The position numbers were made by a program, and so were the translations under genes. A stretch of DNA of 64,000 bases from NCBI GenBank assembly GCA_015680685.1, contig MNCI01002974.1, forward strand, positions 115,433 to 179,432, given 5' to 3'. The notes below the pieces were generated by a model that was not told where the DNA came from, ran no database searches, and saw only the letters and a program-made list of their open reading frames with translations. Position 1 is the first letter of the stretch. Each line of letters starts with the position of its first letter. Shown piece after piece: positions 40,256 to 53,145 of the stretch. This DNA comes from Gnetum montanum. Its lineage: Eukaryota; Plantae; Gnetophyta.

Positions 40256-43200
40256 TCACCAATAATCTCTGCATGAGCACTTACCATCTCTGAAATGATG
40301 GAAGCGGCTTGAATCTCTTACTATAATTTCCCTTTGAATGATCCCAGAAGTAAGTTTGATAAAATTATGACAGTCCATGCACACACGGAGATTCTTAATT
40401 ATGCAAATAGGTGCAGCTGAATACAAATTGATGAGAGCAAAAGCTAGAGCAAGCTTTTCACTATGATAGGTGATGGACCACACCTTCTGCTCATCATCTA
40501 CATCATGTTTTACAAGGTCTTTGTTAGGCATGTACCCCAGCTCTTTTATCTTAGAAATCAAGCTATTCAGTTGCAAGTAAATTTCATCTGATCGTGGATG
40601 TGAGGTATCATTTGCTAGAAATGAATGTATCTTGTTTTTTATTTCAATCCAACTGCACCCCGGCTGCTTCTTCACACTCTTCTCTCTCATCATTGCTCTA
40701 ACATTCTCCACATCAGTCCATCTACCACATCTAGCATATACGTTTGATAGCATAACATAATTCGAGGTCCTTTCTGGTTCCAACTTAAAAACTTCTTTTG
40801 CAGCAAATTTTGCAAGTTCAATGTTACCATAGGTGTTGCATTTACCCAAAAGTGCACTCCACATTGTAGCATTTGGCTTGCAGGGCATATTTCTGATAAG
40901 AGCCTTGGCCTCAGAAAACTGTCCTGCACGGCCAAGTAGATCAATCATGCATGCATAATGTTCTGGTTCTGGTTCTACCCCATACTTCTTGTGCATTGAA
41001 TTAAATAAAAGCCATCCTTCATCCACAAGGCCTGAATGACTGCAGGCATTCAGGACACCAACAAATGTGACAGGATCTGGAGCCTCACCCAATTCTTGCA
41101 TATGTTGAAACATTCCAAGTGCTTCCTTGCCCTGACCATGATAAGCATATCCTACAATAATTGCATTCCAAGATATAACATCATGCATATACATGCTATC
41201 AAAAATCTGCCTGGAGAGATCAATCCTGCCACATTTTGAATAAAATGTAATCAAAGCATTCCCGACAACATTCTTAGATCCAAACCCACTTTTAATAATG
41301 TTGACATGAACTTGCTTCCCTTGCCCCATTGCTGCTAACTCAGCACACACAGAAAGGGCACTGATAAATGTACACTCGTCAGGTCTTATACCTTCCAGCT
41401 GCATCTTGTAATATACTCTAAAAGCATCCTCATGATGTCCATTCTGTGCATATCCTGCAATCAAAGTATTCCATGACACAAGATTCCTTTCAGGCATGCT
41501 GTGAAACAACTGCAAACAATCTTTTATCATGTTCGATTGTGCGTAACCTGCCATCATTGTGTTCCATGAAACCGCATCTTTTGAAGGCATGGAATTGAAA
41601 AACTTGCTTGCTTTGTCAATGTCACCATGTTGGACATATCCACCAAGCATTGCATTCCATGAAACAATGTCATGTCTAGGCATTTTGTTGAAAATTTCTA
41701 AAGCATCGTCAAGTTTTCCATGTTGAATATATCCTGTAATCATGGCAGTCCATGCCACCACATTTGGATTGGGCATTTTATCAATATGTTTCCTTGCATC
41801 TTCTAATCTTCCTGACTGAACTAATCCAGTAATAATTGTACTCCATGAGACTGAATCATGCTTAGGCATTATTTGGAAAAGCTGGTAAGCCTCCTCCATC
41901 ATATGATTCTGAACATAACCTGATAACAGGGAAAAAGTAAGAAACCTTTAAAAGAACATACAAAATATAAATAAAATCTAACACCTGTTTGCAAAATCAT
42001 CAATACTTAAATGATAACAGAAGTAATCTTAGAACTGTAGAAGTAAATCATACCAGCAATCATGGCATTCCATGAAACAATATTCTTTTCTGGCATTTTG
42101 TCAAACAATTGTCGAGCTTCTAGAATCCTTCTGTTTTGTGCAAATCCAGTTACCATTGTTGCCCATGATACGGTGCTTTTAAAAGGCATTTTCTCAAATA
42201 GTTGATATGCATCATCAACCCTGCAAAAGTGAATTGTAAACAGATATAATGTTACAATGAGTAGTCGTTGCATGGAGCTACTTCCAATCAAATTGGCATC
42301 TTCCAAGTTAAAATGCAAATGTTCTAATCACTAAACAGTACTGAAAACATGCTATAAATTTTTTAAGCAGCCTAAGTAGTTAATTTAGGTGACACCTATC
42401 GAATGGTACAGAACACCCAAGAAAACATGATACTAAAACCAAAATAGTAGTTATGTTTATGTTTCCTGAATTGTTATTAAACCCAGTAACAAACAACAGC
42501 TACCTTTGGACTGTTTATGCTTTGTGTTCTTCATTGAACCTGATTTCCATGGGCTTGGATTTTTAGTGAATGGGCATGCTTTTAAGAGAGAAAGATATCT
42601 GGATTGTTGTCACAAAATATATCAATGGGCTGATGGAATTCATGCTCTAATTGTTCAAGTATTCCAGGTATAAGTATGTTGTAACTAACTAGAATTCACA
42701 ATACATTCACCTTCTGTAGTCAAAAGACTTACTGAACGTTGTCTCTCACTTTTCCAATAGATGTGCTTAAGACCATGAAATATGTTTGTTCCTGAAATTG
42801 ATTTTTGATGAGCGTCAAAGTGTCGCGTCAACGGCCCCGTTGACGCAACCTTGTCGATGGGGCCCCATTTACGTAGTGTTGCCTCATCGACAGGGCCGTG
42901 TTGACATAGCGTTTGCTACATCTACGAGGACCCATCGATACAATATTGTAGCAAAAACTATAAATATGAGCTCCCAACTGTGTTTATGGAGATTCAAGTC
43001 ATAGTAGTAGCAAAGCTCTTGTAGTTTGTCCATTTGAAAGTTAGAATATTTCTCTGAGTGCCCACAGCAAGAGTAAGAGAGCGTACAGATCCTTATTTGA
43101 GCACTATTGTACCTAAACCACACCAATGTGTACAGCAATAAAGATAAGCCTTTTGATCAAACCTTGCAGCACTTAAAATAGATTAATGATTTATTAATGC

Positions 43201-45246
43201 ATTTATTGTTTTCATGAAATATGCAATTAATTAAGATAAATTGGACTTTAAGCGATTAGTTAATTAATTAAGCTAAATAAATTAAGTACATAAGTACGAC
43301 CGCTTCAAGCATAAACACGTATTCGGATGGTAATCCCAACAACGTTATTGCTTGGTGCGCCCAACACCGTAGCGCTTGGCAACCCAGCAGTGAATACATG
43401 GGCTCAGGATGTGTACGGAAAGTGGGACATGTTAGGATTAGTTAAAGACTAGTTAAGTGGTTATATGAGATTAGTTGTTAAATTATTTCATCTTCTCTAC
43501 TCTAAGCACCAAAGAACATAAAACATAAAACAATAAAAATCATATGCCTCGATTACACTTAACCATACCTTTGTACATCACAAGTGTAATTGGGAAAACA
43601 ACTAACAACCTTCAGAGCAAGGTTGACTTCCTAGAAGACTAGTGTACCAAAAACTATATAGAGTCCGTGGAATTCGACCAGATCACATGTGAATGCTTCG
43701 TGATTCATATGGTTCTGCGTAGGGCTACCTCGCCACTCATCAATTTTCTATCATCAACTCTTCCTTCACAATAAGCATATCAAAAACATAAAATTTGTCA
43801 TCTCCATTATAAAATTTCCATCCCAATCCATATTTAAAAATCTCACAATTATGATTGCAACTCTCCATGCTTCAATTGCATAACCATTACTGACACAGCC
43901 AGAGCTCACTCATTTCCATAATCTAATACAGTAGTAAGTCATATCATGTTTTCAATGCTCAGCATTTTGTATATAAAATTTTGCTCAGCATTTCATAAAA
44001 ATGTTCAAATCTTTTTCCTATCATTTTCATCTTTCTTCTTCACCTGAAGCCTCCCTACTCATCCTGCCAAGCGAGGCTCCTAGGAGGGTCAGTAGAGGAG
44101 TAAAAGCCTAACCTCTTTGAGTGGCTGCCCAAGCTCAAACCTACATCTTTAGACATGGGAAACAATCACCTTACCATCCCTCCAAATGAATGGTCCCTTT
44201 TCCTACCATTTTCATCAGCACTTCTTAATTTGTATTTTATCTTATTGAATATTACTATCCTCTTTTGTCTGCAACATTTATCTACTTACGTTGAGCAAAG
44301 CAATATGCATATGCAGACATGACCCAAAAGGCAGTGGATAAGAATGAAGTAAGAAAAATTTTAAACAAATGTTGATAAATGCCAACCGTATCTGAAAGAA
44401 GAAGAAAAAACAAAACAGTCTTTACCTGTCACAGTGCACATAGCCTGCAATCATAGCGCACCAGGAAACAACATTCCTTGAAGGCATCTCATCAAAAACC
44501 CTCCTGGCCGCTTCAATCATGTAATTCTGAGAATAACCCGAAACCATAGCATTCCAAGATACCACATTCCTCTCTTTTGCCTTTTCAAAAACCCTTCTAG
44601 CTTCCTCCATTCTGCAATTCTTAGCATACCCAGCAATTATAGCATTACAAGAAGCTACAGTCTTATCTTCTAACCTATCAAAAATCTCTCTTGCATAATC
44701 TACCTGCCCATTATCACAGTAACCGGAAATCATGGCAGTCCAGGACACGTCGTCCCTCACGGGCATTTCATCAAACAATTGTCGGGCATTCCGCGTCTGT
44801 CCATTTCTGCAGTAGCCGGCAATCATTGCATTCCAGGAAACAACATTTCTGCTGGGCATCATGTCAAAAATTGCTCTGGCTTCTTTCATCATACCTTCGG
44901 CTCTGGCATAGGCTGATATCATGGAGTTCCACGACACTGTGTTTCTGCGCGGCATCGAGTCAAAAACTGATCGGGCTTCATCGATTCTACCGTGCTGAGC
45001 ATGGGTATTGATCAGGCAATTTGAGGTGTAAAGCAGTCCGCCTGTGTGATATGGGTTGTTTTTGCAGCTTTCATTTTTGTTGGTTAGGTTTTTCGGATCT
45101 CGCAATGCCGAGGATTTGCGCTCGAAATCTGAGTAATCGGGGTAGGTCCTGTCGGTGAACCGAGATTTCCTTTTGCGCCCGAAACAATGAATGGATCTTC
45201 TATGGATGGCAACTGAGAACACGCTTGCGATTCGTTTTTCTCTCAT
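40256..45246 (-). CDS. PLS-class PPR protein with E1-E2-DYW deaminase domain (organellar C-to-U editing factor), 3 exons, 883 aa
   Basis: Exons: 45246-44426, 42220-42054, 41919-40256. The GT-AG introns join in frame (2652 nt). It has a basic transit-peptide-like N-terminus, ~19 PPR motifs, the PG box KKQPGCSWIE, HSEKLA..CMDCH, and terminal DYW. Confidence 0.93.
42806..43742 (+). mobile_element. Solo LTR (937 bp) of the Athila-like family in PPR intron 1
   Basis: Runs TGATGAG...GGGCTACCTCGCCACTCATCA with a perfect TSD ATTTT (42801-42805, 43743-43747). Confidence 0.9.
44040..44200 (-). mobile_element. Family-2 SINE copy in PPR intron 1
   Basis: The reverse complement reads GGGACCATTCATTTGGAGGGATGGTAAGG..GAGGTTAGGCTTTT..GACCCTCCTAGGAGCC. 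Confidence 0.55.
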
Positions 45247-45807
45247 CTTTGGATTTCTTGCAGTTTTGTTGCATGTCTGTTATCAGGCATGAAACACATG
45301 GATCTGCATCATCAGTTGCTCGAGTTCTCTATATACGCTTGGCCTCAGTACCTGATAAGGCATTAGAGCTTGCGAATGTAATGCCTGTAAAATGCCAATA
45401 CGATGACATGCTCTGTAGCAGTTTGCCTTGGGTTTTCACTCTCGGGTCCGAGGTGTGGCAAGGGCGTATATCGCCGAAGAATAATATACATTATAAAGCA
45501 TCCATTCTGTTTGCATTTCTTACTAAAGACTCAGAGAGATCCCTTGAACTATCGAATGATGTTACTAATAAAGGAAAACATTAACCAGAGAATCTCCACC
45601 ATAAACCATGTTGCATTGAAATTTACAAATAACATAAATAAAAAACAAATGGATGAAAATAACTCCGAGTTCACTAAATAAAACTTCCTTCACCTTTGGG
45701 TTAAAACCATGTAAATATGAGTTGTGCTAAAGAGCATAATTCTTGAGTAGGGAAGATGTGAGAACCCAAAATCTTTTTTTAACAATATTACCCCCAAGAC
45801 ATAAACT

Positions 45808-45890
45808 ATATAACTTAACATTGCCCACTAGAATCAAACCCATAACTTGGAGCTTCCAAATGAAGAGTTTTATCACTAGGCTAGCACCTC
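45808..45890 (-). mobile_element. Family-1 tRNA-derived SINE-like copy
   Basis: TAACTTAACATTGCCCACTAGAATCAAACCCAT..ATCACTAGGCTAGCACCTC matches the copies at ~12060 and ~19570. Confidence 0.55.
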
Positions 45891-46149
45891 ATTATTAAGA
45901 ACTTTTGAGTAACTTTGATGATGCTTTCTATATGTTGACAATGTTGGACAACAATTTAGCATAATTTGCAGTGCTTAACAGCAATGAGTCTCGCAACAAC
46001 AAATGAGTATAATCCATAATGATTGATAAAGATGAGCCTTGTTCTATTGGTTAGAGCATTTGGCTTGTAGTTTGCAAGTCATATATTCAATTCCAATGGG
46101 TATGCTAATTTGACACCATTGTGTTCTTCTTAAAAGATGTTATCGCTAC

Positions 46150-49100
46150 ACTTGGAAACAACCATCGTTCCTCCTCATAGGCTTTGGCTTTATCCTTGTA
46201 CTCTTGAAAATTTGTAAGCCGTCGAGCCAAGTCTGCTATCACATCTCTTTGTCTTTGGTAGCTTGCTTTAACCACCTCTAGTTTAAAATTTGCAACTTCT
46301 AGCTTCTACAACGTTTTCTTGTGCTCCGCAAATTCTGCTTCATATTTGGTGTAGGTGGCAGCTACCTGCTTCTCGAGCTCTATCCTCGAGCACCCTACTA
46401 TCAACATGGCTAGATTGGCATACCGCAAGTTTGCCAAATTCATGTACTCTGTAAGATCTTGAATCTGCAAGTCCCAACTTTTAAGTTCTGCCTGGTGGGC
46501 AAATGCATGTGTCTAATATGCCCTGCCAATTAGTGTGTTGAGCACTAAAAGTTTTGATGTGGGCCTTGGCCATATGGAACTCCTTCTTAATGATTTGCTT
46601 ATACATCCTCACCTGGTCTCGAAAATGCTCCTTTAACTTTTCATGTCGCTTGGCCTCGTTTTGCCACGTGCTTATTTCGATGGCCGTCTTCTGATGAATT
46701 GCGCATACCTTCTCCATTGAGAGGGTTTGATTTTCTCTGGCCAAACGATTCATATCTTGATTGATCCTGATCAATTATTTTCATAACTGTTGAAAGTTTT
46801 CTTTGAGAACATTCTTCTATTTCTCCATAGCAGTCAACCGAAGATTGTCAGTAGCGAGTTGTTTATTCTCCTCTTGTAAGGTTCTACGTGCCTTGGCTTG
46901 CGTGTAAGTTCGCGCTTATGCCTTGGAGGCATCCTAGTCGGCCTTCTCTTTCTCCTCCGCCACTCTTTTATTAACCACCAACAATTTATTGAGTTGCTCG
47001 GTCCTAAAGGTGTCCAGTTGGTCTGCAGGAACAAATTGAGAGGGGTCCCGCTGTGCAGCTTACAGGGTTACGAGCCTCTCTTGAAGTTTTGCTGATTCTG
47101 CTTCTACATGCTTAGCCCTAATCTCTGCGATGACCAACTTTCCCTTGGTGGAGATGAGGTCTAATTGTGCTGTCGTGACATCTTGTGGAATGTTAAACAA
47201 GGACATCATTACTTGCCCTATTTGTAGCAATCAATCAAGGACATCCTCATGCTCTACAAGAGTCATCGAGGGACTGGCCAATGTTTGAGCATCACATGCT
47301 CCTGTGAAGTCTATCGATGGCACAACAGGGACGTTGAAGGATTCTTTGATGTGGTCTACAACCACTTCTGCGGCTCCTGCTGCATCTTAGTGCTACATGA
47401 CCACCACTGTGGCCCCTTCACTAGTCTCGAGTTGCACCTAAAAGGATGTAGCGTTCCCTAAAATCTGTTGTGACCAATTAGTCTCCCCTCCTCTTGTCTG
47501 AATGAACACCTCTCCCCATGCGTGATCTATAGAGACAATGAGCCGTATAGTATCATCGATGACACAGAAGAGATTAGCATCATCATGACTCCCCCAACTA
47601 ACCATCTTCGCGATGGCCATAAGATGTATCATCAGCGATCAATAATCTTGCGACAGCGGCAGTTAGTCTCGCTAGCTTATTGATGAGACGCGACTTACAC
47701 TAGGCCGCGATATTGCGTACGCGATATCGCGTCTTCTCCTGCGATATCGCGTNNNNNNNNNNNNNNNNNNNNNNNNNNNNNNNNNNNNNNNNNNNNNNNN
47801 NNNNNNNNNNNNNNNNNNNNNNNNNNNNNNNNNNNNNNNNNNNNNNNNNNNNNNNNNNNNNNNNNNNNNNNNNNNNNNNNNNNNNNNNNNNNNNNNNNNN
47901 NNNNNNNNNNNNNNNNNNNNNNNNNNNNNNNNNNNNNNNNNNNNNNNNNNNNNNNNNNNNNNNNNNNNNNNNNNNNNNNNNNNNNNNNNNNNNNNNNNNN
48001 NNNNNNNNNNNNNNNNNNNNNNNNNNNNNNNNNNNNNNNNNNNNNNNNNNNNNNNNNNNNNNNNNNNNNNNNNNNNNNNNNNNNNNNNNNNNNNNNNNNN
48101 NNNNNNNNNNNNNNNNNNNNNNNNNNNNNNNNNNNNNNNNNNNNNNNNNNNNNNNNNNNNNNNNNNNNNNNNNNNNNNNNNNNNNNNNNNNNNNNNNNNN
48201 NNNNNNNNNNNNNNNNNNNNNNNNNNNNNNNNNNNNNNNNNNNNNNNNNNNNNNNNNNNNNNNNNNNNNNNNNNNNNNNNNNNNNNNNNNNNNNNNNNNN
48301 NNNNNNNNNNNNNNNNNNNNNNNNNNNNNNNNNNNNNNNNNNNNNNNNNNNNNNNNNNNNNNNNNNNNNNNNNNNNNNNNNNNNNNNNNNNNNNNNNNNN
48401 NNNNNNNNNNNNNNNNNNNNNNNNNNNNNNNNNNNNNNNNNNNNNNNNNNNNNNNNNNNNNNNNNNNNNNNNNNNNNNNNNNNNNNNNNNNNNNNNNNNN
48501 NNNNNNNNNNNGAGTCTAGGGGTACCTCGCCACTCATCACTTATGCTAGGCCTTGCTTCTTGTTGTTGACTGGGCCTTGAGCTTGGGAGTTGGCTAGGCC
48601 TTGCAATTTGAGTTGTAGTGGGCCCTACCATCTGTTCTTGCTCTTGCTCTAGCTCCAATGTCTCACTAGCACTTTCTCTTGGAGTTGGTGGCTTCAGCAA
48701 TTCAGCTAATGAAGCATTTTGGGCTCTTTTAGGGACGTCATTGGTGTACCCCAGAATACCAGCATGCTTGCACAGCTTCCTGATGAGACAAGAGAAGAGA
48801 AACGCGAACTTCCCTATCTTGCATTCTTCGAACCACCTCAAGATCTCCATGAGATATAGATGGGGCAGGTTAGCATTAACCTTTCCCATCAATATCGCAC
48901 TTCCTCTTGCGGCATATGTTGAAATTCTGTTTAATCCTTTTATGGAGAAGGTGTGATAAGTACCAATCTTGAAGTAGATTCTCTCTTCCAACGTCAATTC
49001 TCCATATATCTTATCTTCTTTACCATATGCCCTATTCAACCAAATCTTTCATGCATCAACATCGAAGTGAGTGGACAGGTGAGCAACTTTTGACCCTGTG

Positions 49101-49588
49101 TTCGGAAGGTTTAACACTTCCGAAATGGCCTTGGCAAAAAAATCGACAAACACACCACAAATGTCAACTATGGTGCCTTCTTCCTTATTGTGCCAAAATT
49201 GGTACGTTTCTCCTAAGTACCAAGCACCACTTTCGGAGAGGATAGGCCATAATGGAGATCCTTTGAGTTGGTCCCCAATGGCCTCAGGAGCGAATTTTGT
49301 GAAGGGTCCGAAGTTTAATTCCATGATCACTATAGCTGATGTGGACCTTTCACGGATGGCCTGAACACACTCTGAGGACAATGTGAGGCACTGTCCCTAT
49401 TCAGGTGCTGCTGCAACTCCTCCTTTTGCCTATCCCGATTGTATAGTAGTAGGAGTCTCTTGATGGATACTAAAGGATTGCGCCTCTTGCTCTATATGTT
49501 GTTTGGCAGACACCTGTCCTCTACCTCTCCTGGGTTGCTTAGACGCACCTTGAGAAGGACCTTCTTATTGTCCATGCTTTGGGGCCAT
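46150..49588 (-). pseudogene. Athila env-like ORF remnant with a C-terminal coiled coil, interrupted by a solo LTR
   Basis: A TGCAG|ATGGCCCC acceptor/start lies at 49588. The motifs VDICGVFVDF..ISEVLNLP and NLPHL..FLFSCLIRKLCKHAGI resemble Athila env-like ORFs. The upstream region 50400-50750 is homologous to the internal 3' non-coding region of the left-hand elements. Confidence 0.7.
47681..48539 (+). mobile_element. Apparent solo LTR of the same family (mostly N gap)
   Basis: Starts TGATGAGACGCG and ends GGGGTACCTCGCCACTCATCA, with TSD CTTAT (47676-47680, 48540-48544). The interior is unsequenced, so it could be a collapsed full element. Confidence 0.8.
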
Positions 49589-51025
49589 CTGCAATCACAT
49601 GGGGCTAATCATTAGTAAGGTTGCTTACCAAAGTTAAGTTATACCTTACTCCTTTCCTTACTGAATTTGTTTTTTATTCCATGTGATTTGAAGTTAGAAA
49701 TTTTTATGGAAATATCCCTAAAAAGTTTTAATATTTAGCCCATTTTCTTAGGTGGCTTCAAAGTTTAATTTCCTAGTATAGATGAAGAGATGAAATTGTT
49801 TTTGGCACATGCTTATTAGTTTTATACTTAACTACCCTTGATAGTGTCCTTTGGGTGATGATGAATTTCAAAAAATTTATGCACAATTCAGCATGTACCC
49901 CTCCCCCACAACTAAGCTGAACACTTTAGGTTCTGGTAGGTTCAAACGAAATGAAACTCGGAGTGCTAGCAAGTGAGTTATGGCTATTGGAACAAGAGAG
50001 GTGCAATCGCAAGTCATAGAAGAAAATTTGAAAAACTCCCCTACGTGAACAATTACAAATGATGTTGATGTTTGCGGGGGGGTCCATATATATAGTTTTT
50101 GAGGATGCGATATCGCGTACTCGATAGTAAGGACCCGATATCACGGCTGACCTAATATTAGGGACCCAATATCTCAACCTATCGAAAATAGGGTACTTGG
50201 AAAAATTGATAAATTTTGGAAATTCTAAGGTATAAATTGAGGACTTTAGGTCAATGTAAAGGGTCCAAGGTAATATAAACTAGTCTTGAAAGCACAAAAA
50301 GTATAATGGTGTAAAATCTGAAAATGAAAGTCATGAAGAGTATGAGGAAAAAGGACATGTATTGGCTCATATGAACGTTTGAACCAGAAGGATGATAAAG
50401 GAAAGAAGAACGTTGATAATACTTGGAGGGTATAAGATGATGTGTGGGAGATGTGTTACAAGTGCAAATTACAAGGGTTATGCAAGTGGCTCCTCCCCAA
50501 AGAAGGTTCCAACCTATAATGCCCTTGCGTAACCACACCTTAAAATGTCCATAGGCACTAGAAGGGTTAAATGTAATCTACACCGATTTCACAAAACACA
50601 CAAATGTAGATATCACTGTGATGAGATATGAATCCCATACTACCCAAGTCACAAATCACAATTACACGAACAGCGAGGTGAGGCGAATCATAGAAGGGAT
50701 TGCAAAGATTGGGACATGCGGTGACTAACTCAAGGCACAATGAATCTTACGTGTAAGGCATGCTTAGTGTGTCATTAGCCCATCACTCCAAAATGAAGAC
50801 CAAGTCCATTTCTCTGATTAGTGACATCGCATTGTGTCATCCTAATGATAGACAACGATGAGAGCATCATGTCAGCAAGACGTACAATCACTTGGTGTTT
50901 CGTTCAAGGGAGGAGTGATTTTGCTTTGTGGCACTCATTTTTTTAATGAAGTATTGCTTAATCTAGAGAAGCCATCTACCTTTAAGCATGGGTGCATGTA
51001 TTTCTAGTGGGACCCCCTAGAACAG

Positions 51026-51805
51026 TGATGAGTGGTGAGGTACCCCTACACTCAACCATACGAATACTAGCATTACATGCGCAATCCGATTGAACTTCGC
51101 AGACGGACTAGTTGTGGCATCTAGATAGTTAGCCTTAGGTCGCAGTTCGCTATCTTCCCAATTAGACTAGTATTAGCTTTATCATGTATGGTTTAGTCCA
51201 AATTGAGGTGTATGATGGGTTTCTAATCTAATGCTAATCCTAAAGGCAATGAAAAGTAATATTAACTAAGCTAGGAGTGAAGGGTGAGAGAATCTAAACT
51301 GCCTAAGTGCAATGAGCATCCGTTCCTTGATTATTCATACACATCTTGGACTTCGTGCATGACTACCACTGGGATTACCAAGCACAGATCTTAGGTACGC
51401 TACTAGGTTACCAAGTAGTCACACTTAAATGCTCATAATCAAGTCATACTCATTTTACATTTTAACATGAGTTTAAGGGTGAGAGAGATTAACTAGGAAA
51501 GTAGTAAATAATAATTAATTAAATGATTAAGCTAAGTGAATGCTGCAATGATGAAGTAATCTCGATCTTTATTATTGGTCATGTGCATGTCCAAGTATGT
51601 CACACTTGAATAAAGGATGCTGTACAATTACATTCACCACACTATGGGCATACACGGAGAGGAAAAGGGTTGAGAGAGAAAATGAAAACTAAAATCAAAA
51701 CTAACTGTAAAAATTGACTTATTTCCTAATGATCATAACTGATTTGTCTACCTCTTATTTATAGATGAGGAGACAGGCTGTGATATCGCGTACGCGATAC
51801 CACGA
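51026..51805 (-). repeat. Athila-like LTR, truncated at its U3 start
   Basis: Has the TGATGAGTGGTGAGGTACCCC terminus, a TATA (reverse complement) at ~51757 and the GATATCGCGTACGCGAT motif. No CATCA end is present. Confidence 0.8.
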
Positions 51806-52002
51806 TTACCCAAATGACTGAATAGGTATGGGATTATTGGATGGTGACTGAATGAAAACTCGTCCTCGAGTTACAGTGATTACATAGTGGATAGGTATGG
51901 GATTATTGGATGGTGAAAATGGAATTATGCCACAATGTGGAATGAAAACAAAATAAAGACACAACACAAAAAATGTGCTACAATCTACAAAATTTGTGAA
52001 AC

Positions 52003-53145
52003 TCATGTAGTTCCTGGTGGAGGTGGCTCCTCCATTGGTGCTTTTTCTTTGTCTTGTGCTCCAAGCTTTGAGATTTGATGGCGTTGAAGTATGGCCTGGA
52101 GCTTCAAGTCTTCGGTCTGAGGGTCCTGTGCTATCCATGCTAATGTTCCAATGTTTGACGAAGTTGGCACTTCCCACAAATAGGGTAATTGCGGAAACAT
52201 TTGATTGGCCTTAACATACCAAGCCGCAAACACCCATCTTTCATCCTTATAGGCTTTGGCTTTATTTTTGTATTCTTGGAAATTCGCTAGTTGTCGAGCT
52301 AAATCTGCTGTGACACCTTTTTGGCCTTAGTAGCTTGCCTTTACCACCTCAAGTTCAGAATTTGCAATCTCTAGTTTTTCCAACAACTTCTTGCGTTTTG
52401 CAAATTCTGCTTCATATTTAACATAGGTGGTTGCTACTTGTTGCTCGAGCTCTATTCTCGAGCGCCCTGCTATTAACATGGCAAGGTTGGCATACCGTAG
52501 GTTTACCAACTCCATGTATTCTATCAAATCTTGGATCTGCAGGTCTTGGTTCTTAACTTCCACTTGGTGGGCAAAGGCATATGTGTCCAATATGGCCCAC
52601 CAATCAGTGTGTTGAGCACTAATAGCGTTGATGTGGGTCTTGGCCATATGGATCTTCTTCTCAAGGATTTGTTTGTACATTCCCACCTGGTCTCAGAAGT
52701 GCTCCTTTAGCTTTTCATGCCATTTAGCCTCATTTTGCCACACGCTTATTTCAATGGCTGTCTTTTGGCAAATTGCACGTACCTCCTCCATTGAGAGGGT
52801 TTGATTCTCTTTGGCTAAATAGCTTATGTCTTGGTTGACCCAGATAAATTGTTCTCACAACTGATGGAAATGTTCTTCGAGAACGTTCTTTTGCTTCTCT
52901 GTGGTAGTCAACCGAAGGTTGTTGGCAACAAGTTGCTTATTTTTTTCCTGTAGGGCGTTAAGTGCCTTGAGATGCACATGAGTTTGCGCTTGTGCTGCGG
53001 AGGCATCCCAAAAAGCCTTCTCTTTTTCTTCAGCCACCTTTTTATTCTCTATGATTAGCTTGGTTAGTTGCTCAGTTCTGCAATTATCTAGCTGGTCTGC
53101 GGGAACAAATTGCAAAGGGTCCCGCTGTGCTGCTTGTAGGGCCAT
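52003..53145 (-). pseudogene. Second copy of the env-like ORF 3' coiled-coil region
   Basis: Collinear with 46150-47070 (HMAKTHI..SAQHT, LRYANLAMLI, YVKYEAEFA). Confidence 0.75.
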
